A stretch of DNA of 64,000 nt, taken from positions 99,425 to 163,424 of IMG/VR virus record IMGVR_UViG_3300028844_007948. One strand, written 5' to 3'. A program made the position numbers and the translations under genes. Below the pieces are notes generated by a model. The model was not told the DNA's origin. It worked only from the letters and a program-made list of their open reading frames with translations, and made no database searches. The stretch comes from a virus. Below, piece by piece: positions 47,545 through 55,942 of this stretch (position 1 is its first letter; each line of letters begins with the position of its first letter).

Positions 47545-48115
47545 TTTCGAACCTCCCATAAACTTCATATTGGTTAATTTTTCTTTTTGCACATTTTGTT
47601 AAGGCTTGTCTCATCCTGTGCATTGTGGATGAAACAGCTCCGATACTTCTTCCTGTTATTTTTGATATTTCTTTCATTGTTTTCTCTTCTTTATACCACA
47701 ATTTTGCTATTATAGCCATTTGTTCTGGTAATGTTTCATAGCATAAGCTTAAAGCTTTAGATTCTAAATCAAGGTCTTGTTTAGACATGTTTTTGGATTG
47801 ATCCATCATATCCTCTAAAAATTCACTATTAAATGACAATTTATTCCTTTTTGATTTTTGCAAAAATGCCATTATTTGAAATCTCGCTATTCTAAAAGCC
47901 CATGTTTTTAATCCTCCTTTTTTGGGGTCAAACTCTTTTTTCTTCTTGCAAACAATTAAATTTGTTTCTTGTAAAACGTCTAAAGCATTTGGTTTTGATA
48001 TTAAAATAGAAAAAATAAATGAAAATAAATTCTTTTGTATTCTTTCTAATTCGAAATCGAAATCAAAATTATCATCAACCTTTTTCTGTTTATTCTTTTT
48101 TAAAGCTTTTATCAT
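47537..48115 (-). CDS. ECF sigma factor (Rhodopirellula/Verrucomicrobium type)
   Basis: DVLQETNL...EFDP...KTWAFRIARFQ; LPEQ...MKEISKITGRSIGAVSSTMHRMRQAL. Confidence 0.85.
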   Translation of the reverse strand: MIKALKKNKQKKVDDNFDFDFELERIQKNLFSFIFSILISKPNALDVLQETNLIVCKKKKEFDPKKGGLKTWAFRIARFQIMAFLQKSKRNKLSFNSEFLEDMMDQSKNMSKQDLDLESKALSLCYETLPEQMAIIAKLWYKEEKTMKEISKITGRSIGAVSSTMHRMRQALTKCAKRKINQYEVYGRFENE

Positions 48116-48347
48116 TTATGAATAGTCTATCCTCCCATTTCTGGGAGTAAGGGTTAAATTTTTCTATAGAAATGTCTTGAGCACACAACCTGCGCCTTAA
48201 AAGCATTGATTTGTGGGCTCTTAGAGCTTCGCTTGCACTTTTAGCCATAAAATAATGGTAACTATCTTGGGCAATATGATCTTGGCCAGCGTTGTATCTT
48301 ACCCTATATTCAAATAACTTGTATTCTTTATACTTTTTATTCTTCAT
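48090..48347 (-). CDS. Hypothetical protein
   Basis: ATG at 48347; YRVRY...YFMAKSASEAL. Confidence 0.6.
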   Translation of the reverse strand: MKNKKYKEYKLFEYRVRYNAGQDHIAQDSYHYFMAKSASEALRAHKSMLLRRRLCAQDISIEKFNPYSQKWEDRLFINDKSFKKE

Positions 48348-48516
48348 TCCCTTTCCAATATATATCATCAAATAAAATAAATTTAATTTCATCTTCAAAT
48401 TCTACATCAACCCCTACAGGGTCACCTTCTACGACAGGCATATCAGAATCTTTGTAAAAAAATTCTTCTTCTTCTGAAGCTTTTACTAATTGACAGGACA
48501 TTGATTCTATATTCAT
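48337..48516 (-). CDS. Small acidic protein (59 aa, not in ORF track)
   Basis: MNIESMSCQL...WKGNEE*; ATGA overlap with the upstream gene. Confidence 0.6.
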   Translation of the reverse strand: MNIESMSCQLVKASEEEEFFYKDSDMPVVEGDPVGVDVEFEDEIKFILFDDIYWKGNEE

Positions 48517-48773
48517 ATTTTTATTTCTAATTGTTTCTGATTGTTTTTTGATGATAACACTTTTTTTTGGATATTGTCAATGTTTTTTTTATTTTTTTTG
48601 AAATTCTTTTGTGCTATCCTCACCATGAACCTCATCAAGGAGAAAGAATAAGCTTTGCTGAAACTTATGGTTTGAGCTTCTTCTGTTTCTTTATTTTTGA
48701 TAGTTACTTGAAATTGTTTTAATTCAGAATCGTACTCAAATTCTCCAAATTTTAGTTCTTTTATTATTTTCAT
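48513..48773 (-). CDS. Hypothetical protein
   Basis: 86-aa ORF within the operon. Confidence 0.6.
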   Translation of the reverse strand: MKIIKELKFGEFEYDSELKQFQVTIKNKETEEAQTISFSKAYSFSLMRFMVRIAQKNFKKNKKNIDNIQKKVLSSKNNQKQLEIKI

Positions 48774-48774
48774 G

Positions 48775-49824
48775 TCAATCGTTCGGAATTGTTTTAATTA
48801 TTTCTCTTGCCATTGTTGGTGGAAAACATTCTCCTAGGACTTTTCTAATAAATCCTTCTGAATATTTATTTTTAAATTTATTTAACAAATCACATGGAAT
48901 CCCACATAAAATAGCCAACTCCATGACCGATAAAACCCTGGCATCAGAATAAGTTCCATCTAACAATAGTCTTCCAGGGTGAACATTGTTTTGGCTTGAT
49001 ATTGCCCCATTGCACATGGTTACAGTAGGTGATGGCTTATCCCAATCTATCCTCTTGTATGTTGTCATAAAGCCTTTAATCCTTCTTCCATCTTTTTTTG
49101 GATAATGAATTTTATTATTAAATGCTGTTTGCCCTGTTGGGGTATTCTTCATCCAAGTTACGTGATTGGAGTTATGTTTTTTTGCATAATGCCAAGGCAT
49201 GTTAGTTTTACCCCCAGATTCCAAGGAAGGCAAATGTCCTATTGCATCTCTTACGGTTACTAATTTTTTACTAGGAGCAGGATGTTCCCATTTCCCATCT
49301 TTAGAAATCAAACCTATAAATCTTTTTCTTGATTGCGGGGTGTTATAGTTTTCAGCGTTTAGTGCTTTGTAATTCATTAACCAAGGCTTTGAAAGCCTTG
49401 ATTCTATATATTTAATTATATTTATAACTTCACCATCTACCTTAATCCATGTGTTTGCCATCCCTGCTACATTTTCTATCAACATGTAATCAGGCTTTAT
49501 TTCATTAAATACATCCATAGCATGTACTATTAAAGAATTTCTAGGGTCGCTACCCGACCTTTTTGCATTAGCCACACTCATTCCTTGGCAGGGGGGCGTT
49601 GCTATTATCAAATTGATATTTTTACTTAACGATTTTTGGCAAATTTCTTTTTTTATATCTTTTTTTGTTACATCTCCAACTATAACATCGGTTTCTGGAT
49701 GAAGTTTTTTGTAAAACATGCACCTACTCTCTTCAATTTCATTTGCTAGGACTATATTAATCCCCGCAGGCTTTAAAAGTACTTCGCCGAACCCAACATT
49801 TGCAAAAAGAGATAATCCGTTCAT
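48775..49824 (-). CDS. C5-cytosine DNA methyltransferase (orphan)
   Basis: SLFANVG, GDV, TPPCQGMS, IENV, PQSRKR, GECFPP; no obvious cognate restriction enzyme adjacent. Confidence 0.9.
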   Translation of the reverse strand: MNGLSLFANVGFGEVLLKPAGINIVLANEIEESRCMFYKKLHPETDVIVGDVTKKDIKKEICQKSLSKNINLIIATPPCQGMSVANAKRSGSDPRNSLIVHAMDVFNEIKPDYMLIENVAGMANTWIKVDGEVINIIKYIESRLSKPWLMNYKALNAENYNTPQSRKRFIGLISKDGKWEHPAPSKKLVTVRDAIGHLPSLESGGKTNMPWHYAKKHNSNHVTWMKNTPTGQTAFNNKIHYPKKDGRRIKGFMTTYKRIDWDKPSPTVTMCNGAISSQNNVHPGRLLLDGTYSDARVLSVMELAILCGIPCDLLNKFKNKYSEGFIRKVLGECFPPTMAREIIKTIPND

Positions 49825-49855
49825 TTAGCAAAATATACTTTAATTTTCAAACTTA

Positions 49856-50248
49856 TCAAGAAAAAGTTTCCCAATATTTTAGAACATTAGCTTTACTAGA
49901 ATTAACGGAAAATAGATTGAACAAGAATTTGCCCTCCCCTATGTGGTATTTTGAAACAAAAAATACATCATCAAATATTTGCTTCATGGAATTTTCAAAA
50001 ATTTTTTCATTTTTTTCCAAATATAGGATTTTCATAAACGAATCTTCGTCCATTAAATCTTCTATAAAGTCTTCCTGGAGAAGTAGTAATAAAATATCTT
50101 GACATTTCTTGACTGAGATTTTCTTCCCGTCAAAACCGCCAGACAATAAAAGTTTTAATTTAAATTTTTTAAAAAAAAATTCTATTTTTTTGTCAAAAAA
50201 GTCTCTACAATCTTTAAAGATGTAATTCTCGACTTTACTTTTTGACAT
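49856..50248 (-). CDS. Hypothetical protein
   Basis: ATG at 50248 avoids overlap with the upstream gene. Confidence 0.5.
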   Translation of the reverse strand: MSKSKVENYIFKDCRDFFDKKIEFFFKKFKLKLLLSGGFDGKKISVKKCQDILLLLLQEDFIEDLMDEDSFMKILYLEKNEKIFENSMKQIFDDVFFVSKYHIGEGKFLFNLFSVNSSKANVLKYWETFS

Positions 50249-50252
50249 TTGC

Positions 50253-50450
50253 TTACAGCTTTTCGTCACCCTGCTTCCATTTTGAACACCATCTGTAGCT
50301 TTGCACATTGACTACTTTTCCTTTGTCTTCCTCGGATAGATAGTTTACTGCGCTTCTGAGGTTCACTTGCAATGTGTCTATTAAAGCATAAAGATCGGCT
50401 ATTTGCTTTTCTTGATTATGTATTTGTAGTTTTAATTGTCTTTCGTTCAT
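50253..50450 (-). CDS. Small coiled-coil hypothetical protein
   Basis: 65-aa ORF at operon-like spacing. Confidence 0.55.
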   Translation of the reverse strand: MNERQLKLQIHNQEKQIADLYALIDTLQVNLRSAVNYLSEEDKGKVVNVQSYRWCSKWKQGDEKL

Positions 50451-50455
50451 TTTTT

Positions 50456-51133
50456 TTATCCAAAAGGAAATTTAATTTTGTTAAAATAAGAAATTTGATC
50501 TTCAGAAAAGAATTCCCAACCATTGATTTCGCATATTATTTTTACGACCTCAAGAAAATAGAGATAATTCGGATGGTTTGTTTGGTCTAGGCTTTTTATT
50601 TCGCTATTTCTTTTTAATATGTAGTCTCCAGTCACCCTAACTCCAAGGTCTTTATCGTGTTTATCCATTTCCCTTTTAAATCTTTTGGCTTTGTCATGAT
50701 GGTGAAATGATGGGATAGATATTAATTGAGCAGAATCTTTTGCTAACCATTTTACTCTACCAAAGTTTAAAATACTAGAGGTTTCGGGTTTAATTTTTTG
50801 AAATATTATCACATCCGATAGTTGTATCATCTTTTTTATCTTGACAGCTTCATGAATGTTGTATTTCACATCTCTTTTATTATTCTCAACTAGTCTATGT
50901 CTATTTTTTCTGTTGGCGTGAAGAAACATTTTGCTTTTAAATTCATCTTTATATAACTCTTTCATATGGTTAGAAAATCTTTCTGCTACCAAAAAGTTAC
51001 AAACTGCCTCTCTGTTTTTTGATGCCGAACTTACTTGTGGAAGCCTTCTTAGATACCATGCTATAGCTTCAGCTTGGCAATTTCCGATGACTGAAATCCT
51101 CGCATTAAATGAGCTTTTTTCTTCTTTCTCCAT
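50456..51133 (-). CDS. WcbI-like polysaccharide-modifying protein
   Basis: VIGNCQA, DVIIFQ, TNHP. Confidence 0.55.
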   Translation of the reverse strand: MEKEEKSSFNARISVIGNCQAEAIAWYLRRLPQVSSASKNREAVCNFLVAERFSNHMKELYKDEFKSKMFLHANRKNRHRLVENNKRDVKYNIHEAVKIKKMIQLSDVIIFQKIKPETSSILNFGRVKWLAKDSAQLISIPSFHHHDKAKRFKREMDKHDKDLGVRVTGDYILKRNSEIKSLDQTNHPNYLYFLEVVKIICEINGWEFFSEDQISYFNKIKFPFG

Positions 51134-51202
51134 AAATATATTTTATTTTTGTTTTGATTTTTTTAAACTTTAATTTATGTTTACTTAAACAAAATCAAAA
51201 AT

Positions 51203-51490
51203 ATGTCAGATAATACACATAGCACAGAAAACGAAAGCACTTCAGAGTGGCGTAAAAGAGAGCTTGGCGCTCTTTGGAAAAAAGAGGGTAAATCCCAGAG
51301 GTTTTATTCTGGGTTTGTCAAAATGAACAAAGGTAGCCCAGAAGAAAAAGAAGTCAGATTAGTGATTTTCGTCAATAAAGTAAAATCAAACGAGCGAGCG
51401 CCAGACTTAGTTATTTATGAGTCAACAGATTCAAACTCTACGACCCAAGATAAGAATCATGACGACATCCCAGACAGCTTCATAGATTAA
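51203..51490 (+). CDS. DUF736-like putative ssDNA-binding protein
   Basis: LGALWKK...FYSG...APD; acidic tail DDIPDSFID. Confidence 0.6.
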   Translation: MSDNTHSTENESTSEWRKRELGALWKKEGKSQRFYSGFVKMNKGSPEEKEVRLVIFVNKVKSNERAPDLVIYESTDSNSTTQDKNHDDIPDSFID

Positions 51491-51524
51491 TTTTTTTTAA
51501 ATTTTTTATTTTTTTTAAAAAAAC

Positions 51525-51553
51525 TTGACTAAGTTGTTTTTCTATGTCATAGT
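51525..51553 (+). promoter_or_regulatory. sigma70-like promoter (extended -10, probably leaderless)
   Basis: A-tract, then TTGACT-N17-CATAGT with TGn; ATG 6 nt downstream. Confidence 0.6.
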
Positions 51554-51559
51554 TATGGC

Positions 51560-51835
51560 ATGATTAATAAAAAAGTAACATACAATAAAGATGGTACTCC
51601 ACGAAAAAGTGGGAGCGGAAGAAAAGCTGGATCAAATTCTTTTGTAAGAGTAACCTTTTCGGATTTGTCTAATTATATTGGAGAAAACACTCCGATTTTA
51701 GTTAGTAGGGTTTGGTTAGAGAATCTAGGCATTTCCCTTGCTTCTAATAAAGCTGAAAAACCAAAAATAGAGTTGACAGACTCGCAAGAGTCTGATACAG
51801 TTCTATATAAAATTAAAAAATTCGACAAGGAGTAA
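51560..51835 (+). CDS. Small basic putative DNA-binding protein
   Basis: AT-hook-like KDGTPRKSGSGRKAGS. Confidence 0.55.
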   Translation: MINKKVTYNKDGTPRKSGSGRKAGSNSFVRVTFSDLSNYIGENTPILVSRVWLENLGISLASNKAEKPKIELTDSQESDTVLYKIKKFDKE

Positions 51836-51837
51836 TT

Positions 51838-52764
51838 ATGAAGGATATATTTTCACATCTAGTAGGGCAAAAAAACGTAAAGAAAAAGCTTAGTTTTTAT
51901 TTAAAGGCTTTTAATAAAACAGGAATCAGTCCTTTTTTAGGTTTTTTTGGAGCTAAGGGTTTAGGTAAAACAGAGTTTGCTAATGCTTATGCTAGAAATT
52001 TGCAAAATGCAGATGGGTCAAAAAGACCATTGTTAGAATTAAATTGTTCAACGATCAAGAATAACGATAGTTTTTTCGAGCAAATCTTTATCCCTCTTAT
52101 TCTTGATAACGAAATCACAGTTTTATTTGATGAAGCTCATGAGTTACCAAATGACTTGACTATGGCTTTATTATCAATTTTGGACACAAGAACCTCTCAT
52201 GTTAGAGAGTTTACTTGGAAAGAAACTCGTTTTCCATTTAATTTTAAAAAGCAAACTTTCTTATTTGCAACAACTGAAAGTGACAAACTCTTTCCACCTT
52301 TAAAAGATAGATTAACCTCTGTTGACTTCGATCCCTATTCTGAGGAAGAATTGGGCAAGATATTATCTTTTGCCATCGAGTGTCCTGTGCATAAAAATGT
52401 ACTTTCTCAACTAAGCTCTGTTGTTAGGGGTAATGCAAGGAATGCAATAATGAGAGCTAAAGATATAAATCTTTATATTGCCTCTGAAGATTTAGACTCT
52501 TTTTCTTTAGCGGATTATCATAGTTTTTGTGACATTTTAGGTATATTGCCTTTTGGAATTACATGCACGGAGAGGCAAATCTTAGAGGTATTGCAAGAGA
52601 AAGGGTCTTGTACCCTCGGAATGTTGGCTGCGAAAACAGGTTTAAGCTCAACTTCATTAAGGGGAGATCATGAAAAATACCTTCTTAAGAAGAATCTAAT
52701 GGAGATTGATGTCAAAAGAAAAATCACTCCACTTGGTAGGAAAGTTGTTAAATCTTTAATTTGA
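51838..52764 (+). CDS. ruvB: Holliday junction branch migration ATPase
   Basis: LVGQ..VK, GAKGLGKT, LFDEAHEL, FATTE, PLKDR, RGNARNA, EKYL, RKIT. Confidence 0.85.
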   Translation: MKDIFSHLVGQKNVKKKLSFYLKAFNKTGISPFLGFFGAKGLGKTEFANAYARNLQNADGSKRPLLELNCSTIKNNDSFFEQIFIPLILDNEITVLFDEAHELPNDLTMALLSILDTRTSHVREFTWKETRFPFNFKKQTFLFATTESDKLFPPLKDRLTSVDFDPYSEEELGKILSFAIECPVHKNVLSQLSSVVRGNARNAIMRAKDINLYIASEDLDSFSLADYHSFCDILGILPFGITCTERQILEVLQEKGSCTLGMLAAKTGLSSTSLRGDHEKYLLKKNLMEIDVKRKITPLGRKVVKSLI

Positions 52765-52765
52765 T

Positions 52766-53275
52766 ATGTTCGTCCATAAGTACGACAAAAGAAACGCTGC
52801 CTCTATAGGGAATAGGGCAGAAAGGATTTTTGTATCTATTGCGGGTAGAAGGGGTTACAAGATAAAGCCATCTACAAATCAAGAAAACAAGGTAAAAAGA
52901 GTTGATTTTTATTTAGAGAAAAATTCTCAAATTAAAGGTTTTGATGTAAAATCAAGGAAGAAAATATGTTATTACGATGAAGATTATAATGATGATTGGA
53001 CTTGGGTTGAATTTAAAAATGCAGATGGATTTGATGGATGGATGTATGGAGAAGCAGACTACATCGCATTCGAAAAGTTGAAATATTTTATTGTTGTGGA
53101 TAGAATATCATTAAAAAATCTAGCAGAAAAAATAATAGATAGAGATAAAGAATTTGTAAAAGATTGTCACAATGCAAAATACAGAATATATCAAAGGAGA
53201 GATCAAGAACAAATATCTCTAATTAAAAACTCGGATATAAAAACTATAAAAAGAAAAGCTATTTGGGAAAAATGA
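52766..53275 (+). CDS. PD-(D/E)XK-like nuclease
   Basis: G..AE, VDF...FDVKSR, WVEF, GWMYGEADY. Confidence 0.6.
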   Translation: MFVHKYDKRNAASIGNRAERIFVSIAGRRGYKIKPSTNQENKVKRVDFYLEKNSQIKGFDVKSRKKICYYDEDYNDDWTWVEFKNADGFDGWMYGEADYIAFEKLKYFIVVDRISLKNLAEKIIDRDKEFVKDCHNAKYRIYQRRDQEQISLIKNSDIKTIKRKAIWEK

Positions 53276-53490
53276 AATTTGACGAGCAAACAGACGCTTT
53301 TAGATTCGACCTAGACGACCTTTGCGAAAGGTATTTAGAAGAATTTGATATTAACGTTTTTACAGAAGTTGGAGCTTTGGAAGAAAAAAAACTTGAACTC
53401 TGTAGGATAATAGATATTATAGAGGAAAAAAAGATAGAACTCTTAGGGGAAGATATAGAATTTGAAGTAGATGAAGACTTCTTTGATTAA
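53272..53490 (+). CDS. Small acidic protein
   Basis: Overlaps the upstream stop; strongly D/E-rich. Confidence 0.55.
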   Translation: MKFDEQTDAFRFDLDDLCERYLEEFDINVFTEVGALEEKKLELCRIIDIIEEKKIELLGEDIEFEVDEDFFD

Positions 53491-53521
53491 TATAATTTTC
53501 TTAGTAACAAACAAACTAAAA

Positions 53522-54163
53522 ATGAAAACAAAAACATATATTACGGCACTTTTGTGTCTTATTTCTAACGTCGCTATTGCTGGTTCAGCAAGCATTGGAT
53601 ATACTTCTGATTATTTTCGCAGAGGTGCATTGCTTTCTGAAGAAGCATTGCAAACCTCCGTAAGTTTAGAAAAAGAAGTTGCAGGATTTTCTCTTTCCGC
53701 AGGGGCTTCAACAAATCAAGCCGTTTCTGTTGGTGAAGATTCTTACATCATTGAAGGTGGAGCATCAGCTCAAGTAGGAGAATTGCTTGATCTTTATGTT
53801 GGTCTTCAGCATTTTGAACAGCGCTCTGATGATGCGACTCTTGAAGTTAATCTAGTCGCTTCATTGAATTCTGTCTTGAGCCCTAGTCTTTCTATATTTA
53901 GAGATACAGATGATGAGCTTTACACTTATGAATTAGGTGTTTCTCATTCTTTTGATGCTAAATTAGCTGATTTAGAACTTTCCGCATTGTATGGAAATAC
54001 TGATCTTACGGAGTCAACAGATGAAGATTATTATGTCCTTGGAGCTAAAGCCTCTAAGAGTTTATCTGAAAGTGCTTCCCTTGAATTGGGGTACAATTAT
54101 GTAGACTCGGACTTGATTAACGATGAATCTATTGTATCTGCATCAGTAGTGTTCTCTTTCTAA
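53522..54163 (+). CDS. Outer-membrane beta-barrel (TorF-like putative porin)
   Basis: Signal peptide ending VAIA/G, SDYFRRG, alternating amphipathic strands, C-terminal Phe (VVFSF). Confidence 0.75.
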   Translation: MKTKTYITALLCLISNVAIAGSASIGYTSDYFRRGALLSEEALQTSVSLEKEVAGFSLSAGASTNQAVSVGEDSYIIEGGASAQVGELLDLYVGLQHFEQRSDDATLEVNLVASLNSVLSPSLSIFRDTDDELYTYELGVSHSFDAKLADLELSALYGNTDLTESTDEDYYVLGAKASKSLSESASLELGYNYVDSDLINDESIVSASVVFSF

Positions 54164-54189
54164 CGAAAACAATTAACCATAATAATAAC

Positions 54190-54444
54190 ATGAGTGAAGT
54201 AGTAAATAAAATCAAATGTGCCGTTTGTGGCATTAGCGCCGTACTATTGTCCGTAATTGGACTTCTAGTGCTTTCCCAAGTAGTTTTTGGGGCAAATGCT
54301 GGCATCGATGTCATCGGTAACCTTCAGGGCATTGTTAATGGCTTTGTCGGTCCAGGAGCTAGTCTTGCGGGTGTTATCACGCTTGTATTGATTGTCGCTA
54401 TTCTTGGCAAGCAAACTGATAGTGCTTGTGTAAATAAGAAGTAA
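54190..54444 (+). CDS. Small two-TM membrane protein
   Basis: Hydrophobic hairpin with a DVIGNL loop. Confidence 0.7.
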   Translation: MSEVVNKIKCAVCGISAVLLSVIGLLVLSQVVFGANAGIDVIGNLQGIVNGFVGPGASLAGVITLVLIVAILGKQTDSACVNKK

Positions 54445-54469
54445 TATTCTCTTACATCGCATTAGACTT

Positions 54470-54497
54470 AACCCCCCTCAATAGAGGGGGGTTTTTT
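54470..54497 (+). terminator. Rho-independent terminator
   Basis: AACCCCCCTC-aata-GAGGGGGGTT followed by a T-run. Confidence 0.88.
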
Positions 54498-54532
54498 ATT
54501 GTTTTTTTTGTTTTTCTTGTTAAAATAATTTT

Positions 54533-55045
54533 ATGGATTATTCAGAAAAATATCTATTTATAGTGTATTATACAATATATGTAGATAAGTCCAGAGACTA
54601 CAAAACTTTTATAAAATCTAAAGATAGGGATTCAGCTAAAGATGTTTTTACAAAAAAAATCAAAAAAGATTGCAAGGGGCTTTTAATTAAAAATTTGAGG
54701 ATTGTAAAAGTCAACAGAAGTAAATACAGAGGAGTTTCAATATCAGATAAGCAATGGGAGTCCTTAAAAAAAATATCTTACCCTAATTCAAAACATGTAT
54801 TATCAAAATTACCTAAAGATTGTTGGTTCAGAAGACCTGTTTCTAAAAACAGAAATGCAGATGGAACATTTAAGATGGGTAATACTCCTTGGAATAAAAA
54901 TTTTAAAATTAAATTTATTAAAAAAAATAAAAAAGGATGTTTTTCAAGACCTAGAGATGGTATGGGCAGGTTCAGAAAAGGCTGTAAGTGTTTAATGGTT
55001 GGTGTTAAAGATGAAACCTTTAAAAAATTACATTCAAAAAAATAG
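54533..55045 (+). CDS. X-domain protein with NUMOD-like C-terminal repeats
   Basis: YKTFIKSK...AK, W....ISYPN; RNADGTFKMG, PWNK, RDGMGRFRKG. Confidence 0.65.
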   Translation: MDYSEKYLFIVYYTIYVDKSRDYKTFIKSKDRDSAKDVFTKKIKKDCKGLLIKNLRIVKVNRSKYRGVSISDKQWESLKKISYPNSKHVLSKLPKDCWFRRPVSKNRNADGTFKMGNTPWNKNFKIKFIKKNKKGCFSRPRDGMGRFRKGCKCLMVGVKDETFKKLHSKK

Positions 55046-55400
55046 CTATAAATCTATATTCAATAAAATATATTCAAATTTTTTAAGCCAAGACTACAAA
55101 GAAGATGAAGTTATTAAATTTTCTTTATCTTTTAGAATTTTTTATGAAAAATATAAAAATTTCGAAAAAAAAGTTCAAACTTCTATTTGGGTTGAAAAAA
55201 ACGAGCATAATTTAATTGAAATTTCTTATGGCAAAAAGTATAATATGTTCAAGGTTCGTAAACCTCTGGAAGGAAAATTTTCAGAAGACTATGTATTCTC
55301 AGAAATAATAAATAAAGACAAATTATCTCAAGATATTATTTATTGCTTAATAATCATTAAAATTATTAGTTTATTAGATGAGAAAAAAAAACAACACTAG
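55011..55400 (+). CDS. Hypothetical protein
   Basis: ORF bridging its two neighbours. Confidence 0.5.
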   Translation: MKPLKNYIQKNSYKSIFNKIYSNFLSQDYKEDEVIKFSLSFRIFYEKYKNFEKKVQTSIWVEKNEHNLIEISYGKKYNMFKVRKPLEGKFSEDYVFSEIINKDKLSQDIIYCLIIIKIISLLDEKKKQH

Positions 55401-55938
55401 AAGGAAAGAAAAAATTTTACTTTTAAGGTCTGAAGGTAAAAGCTATAATGAAATACGAGATATTCTAGGTTGTTCAAAATCTGTTATTTCTTATCATTGC
55501 GGAGAGTATCAAACGGAAAAAAAACGAGTACTAAATCGGAACAAAAGCAAAGACCACAAGTTATCCAGAAAAATAGGAGCATTTAAAAGCAGGATAGCTA
55601 AGGATGGATTCAGAGCGAAATTAAAAACATTTAAGCGTAGAAATCCCAAAAACAGAACTCATACTATTGTTAATAATATTTCTAAAAACTTTACAACAAA
55701 GGATGTTATTGATAAATTAGGTGATGAGCCTAAATGCTATCTTACTGGAACTCCGATAAATCTTCACAATACCGAAACTTATCATTTTGACCATATAATA
55801 CCTACTTCAAAAGGTGGAACTAATGATCTTTCCAATCTTGGTATATGTATCAAAGAAGCTAACAGAGCTAAAGACGATCTTTCCATAAAAGAGCTTATAT
55901 TTCTTTGTCAAAAAATTTTAAATCATTTAACTAAATAA
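55378..55938 (+). CDS. HNH endonuclease with N-terminal HTH
   Basis: GKSYNEI...GCSKSVISYH; CYLTG...HFDHIIPTSKGGTNDLSNL...ANRAK. Confidence 0.85.
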   Translation: MRKKNNTRRKEKILLLRSEGKSYNEIRDILGCSKSVISYHCGEYQTEKKRVLNRNKSKDHKLSRKIGAFKSRIAKDGFRAKLKTFKRRNPKNRTHTIVNNISKNFTTKDVIDKLGDEPKCYLTGTPINLHNTETYHFDHIIPTSKGGTNDLSNLGICIKEANRAKDDLSIKELIFLCQKILNHLTK

Positions 55939-55942
55939 TAAA

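Noticed and set aside
51152-51200. TTTTGATTTT...AAAATCAAAA inverted repeat between divergent genes
   Set aside because: Low-complexity AT sequence that cannot be distinguished from chance, although an operator is not excluded
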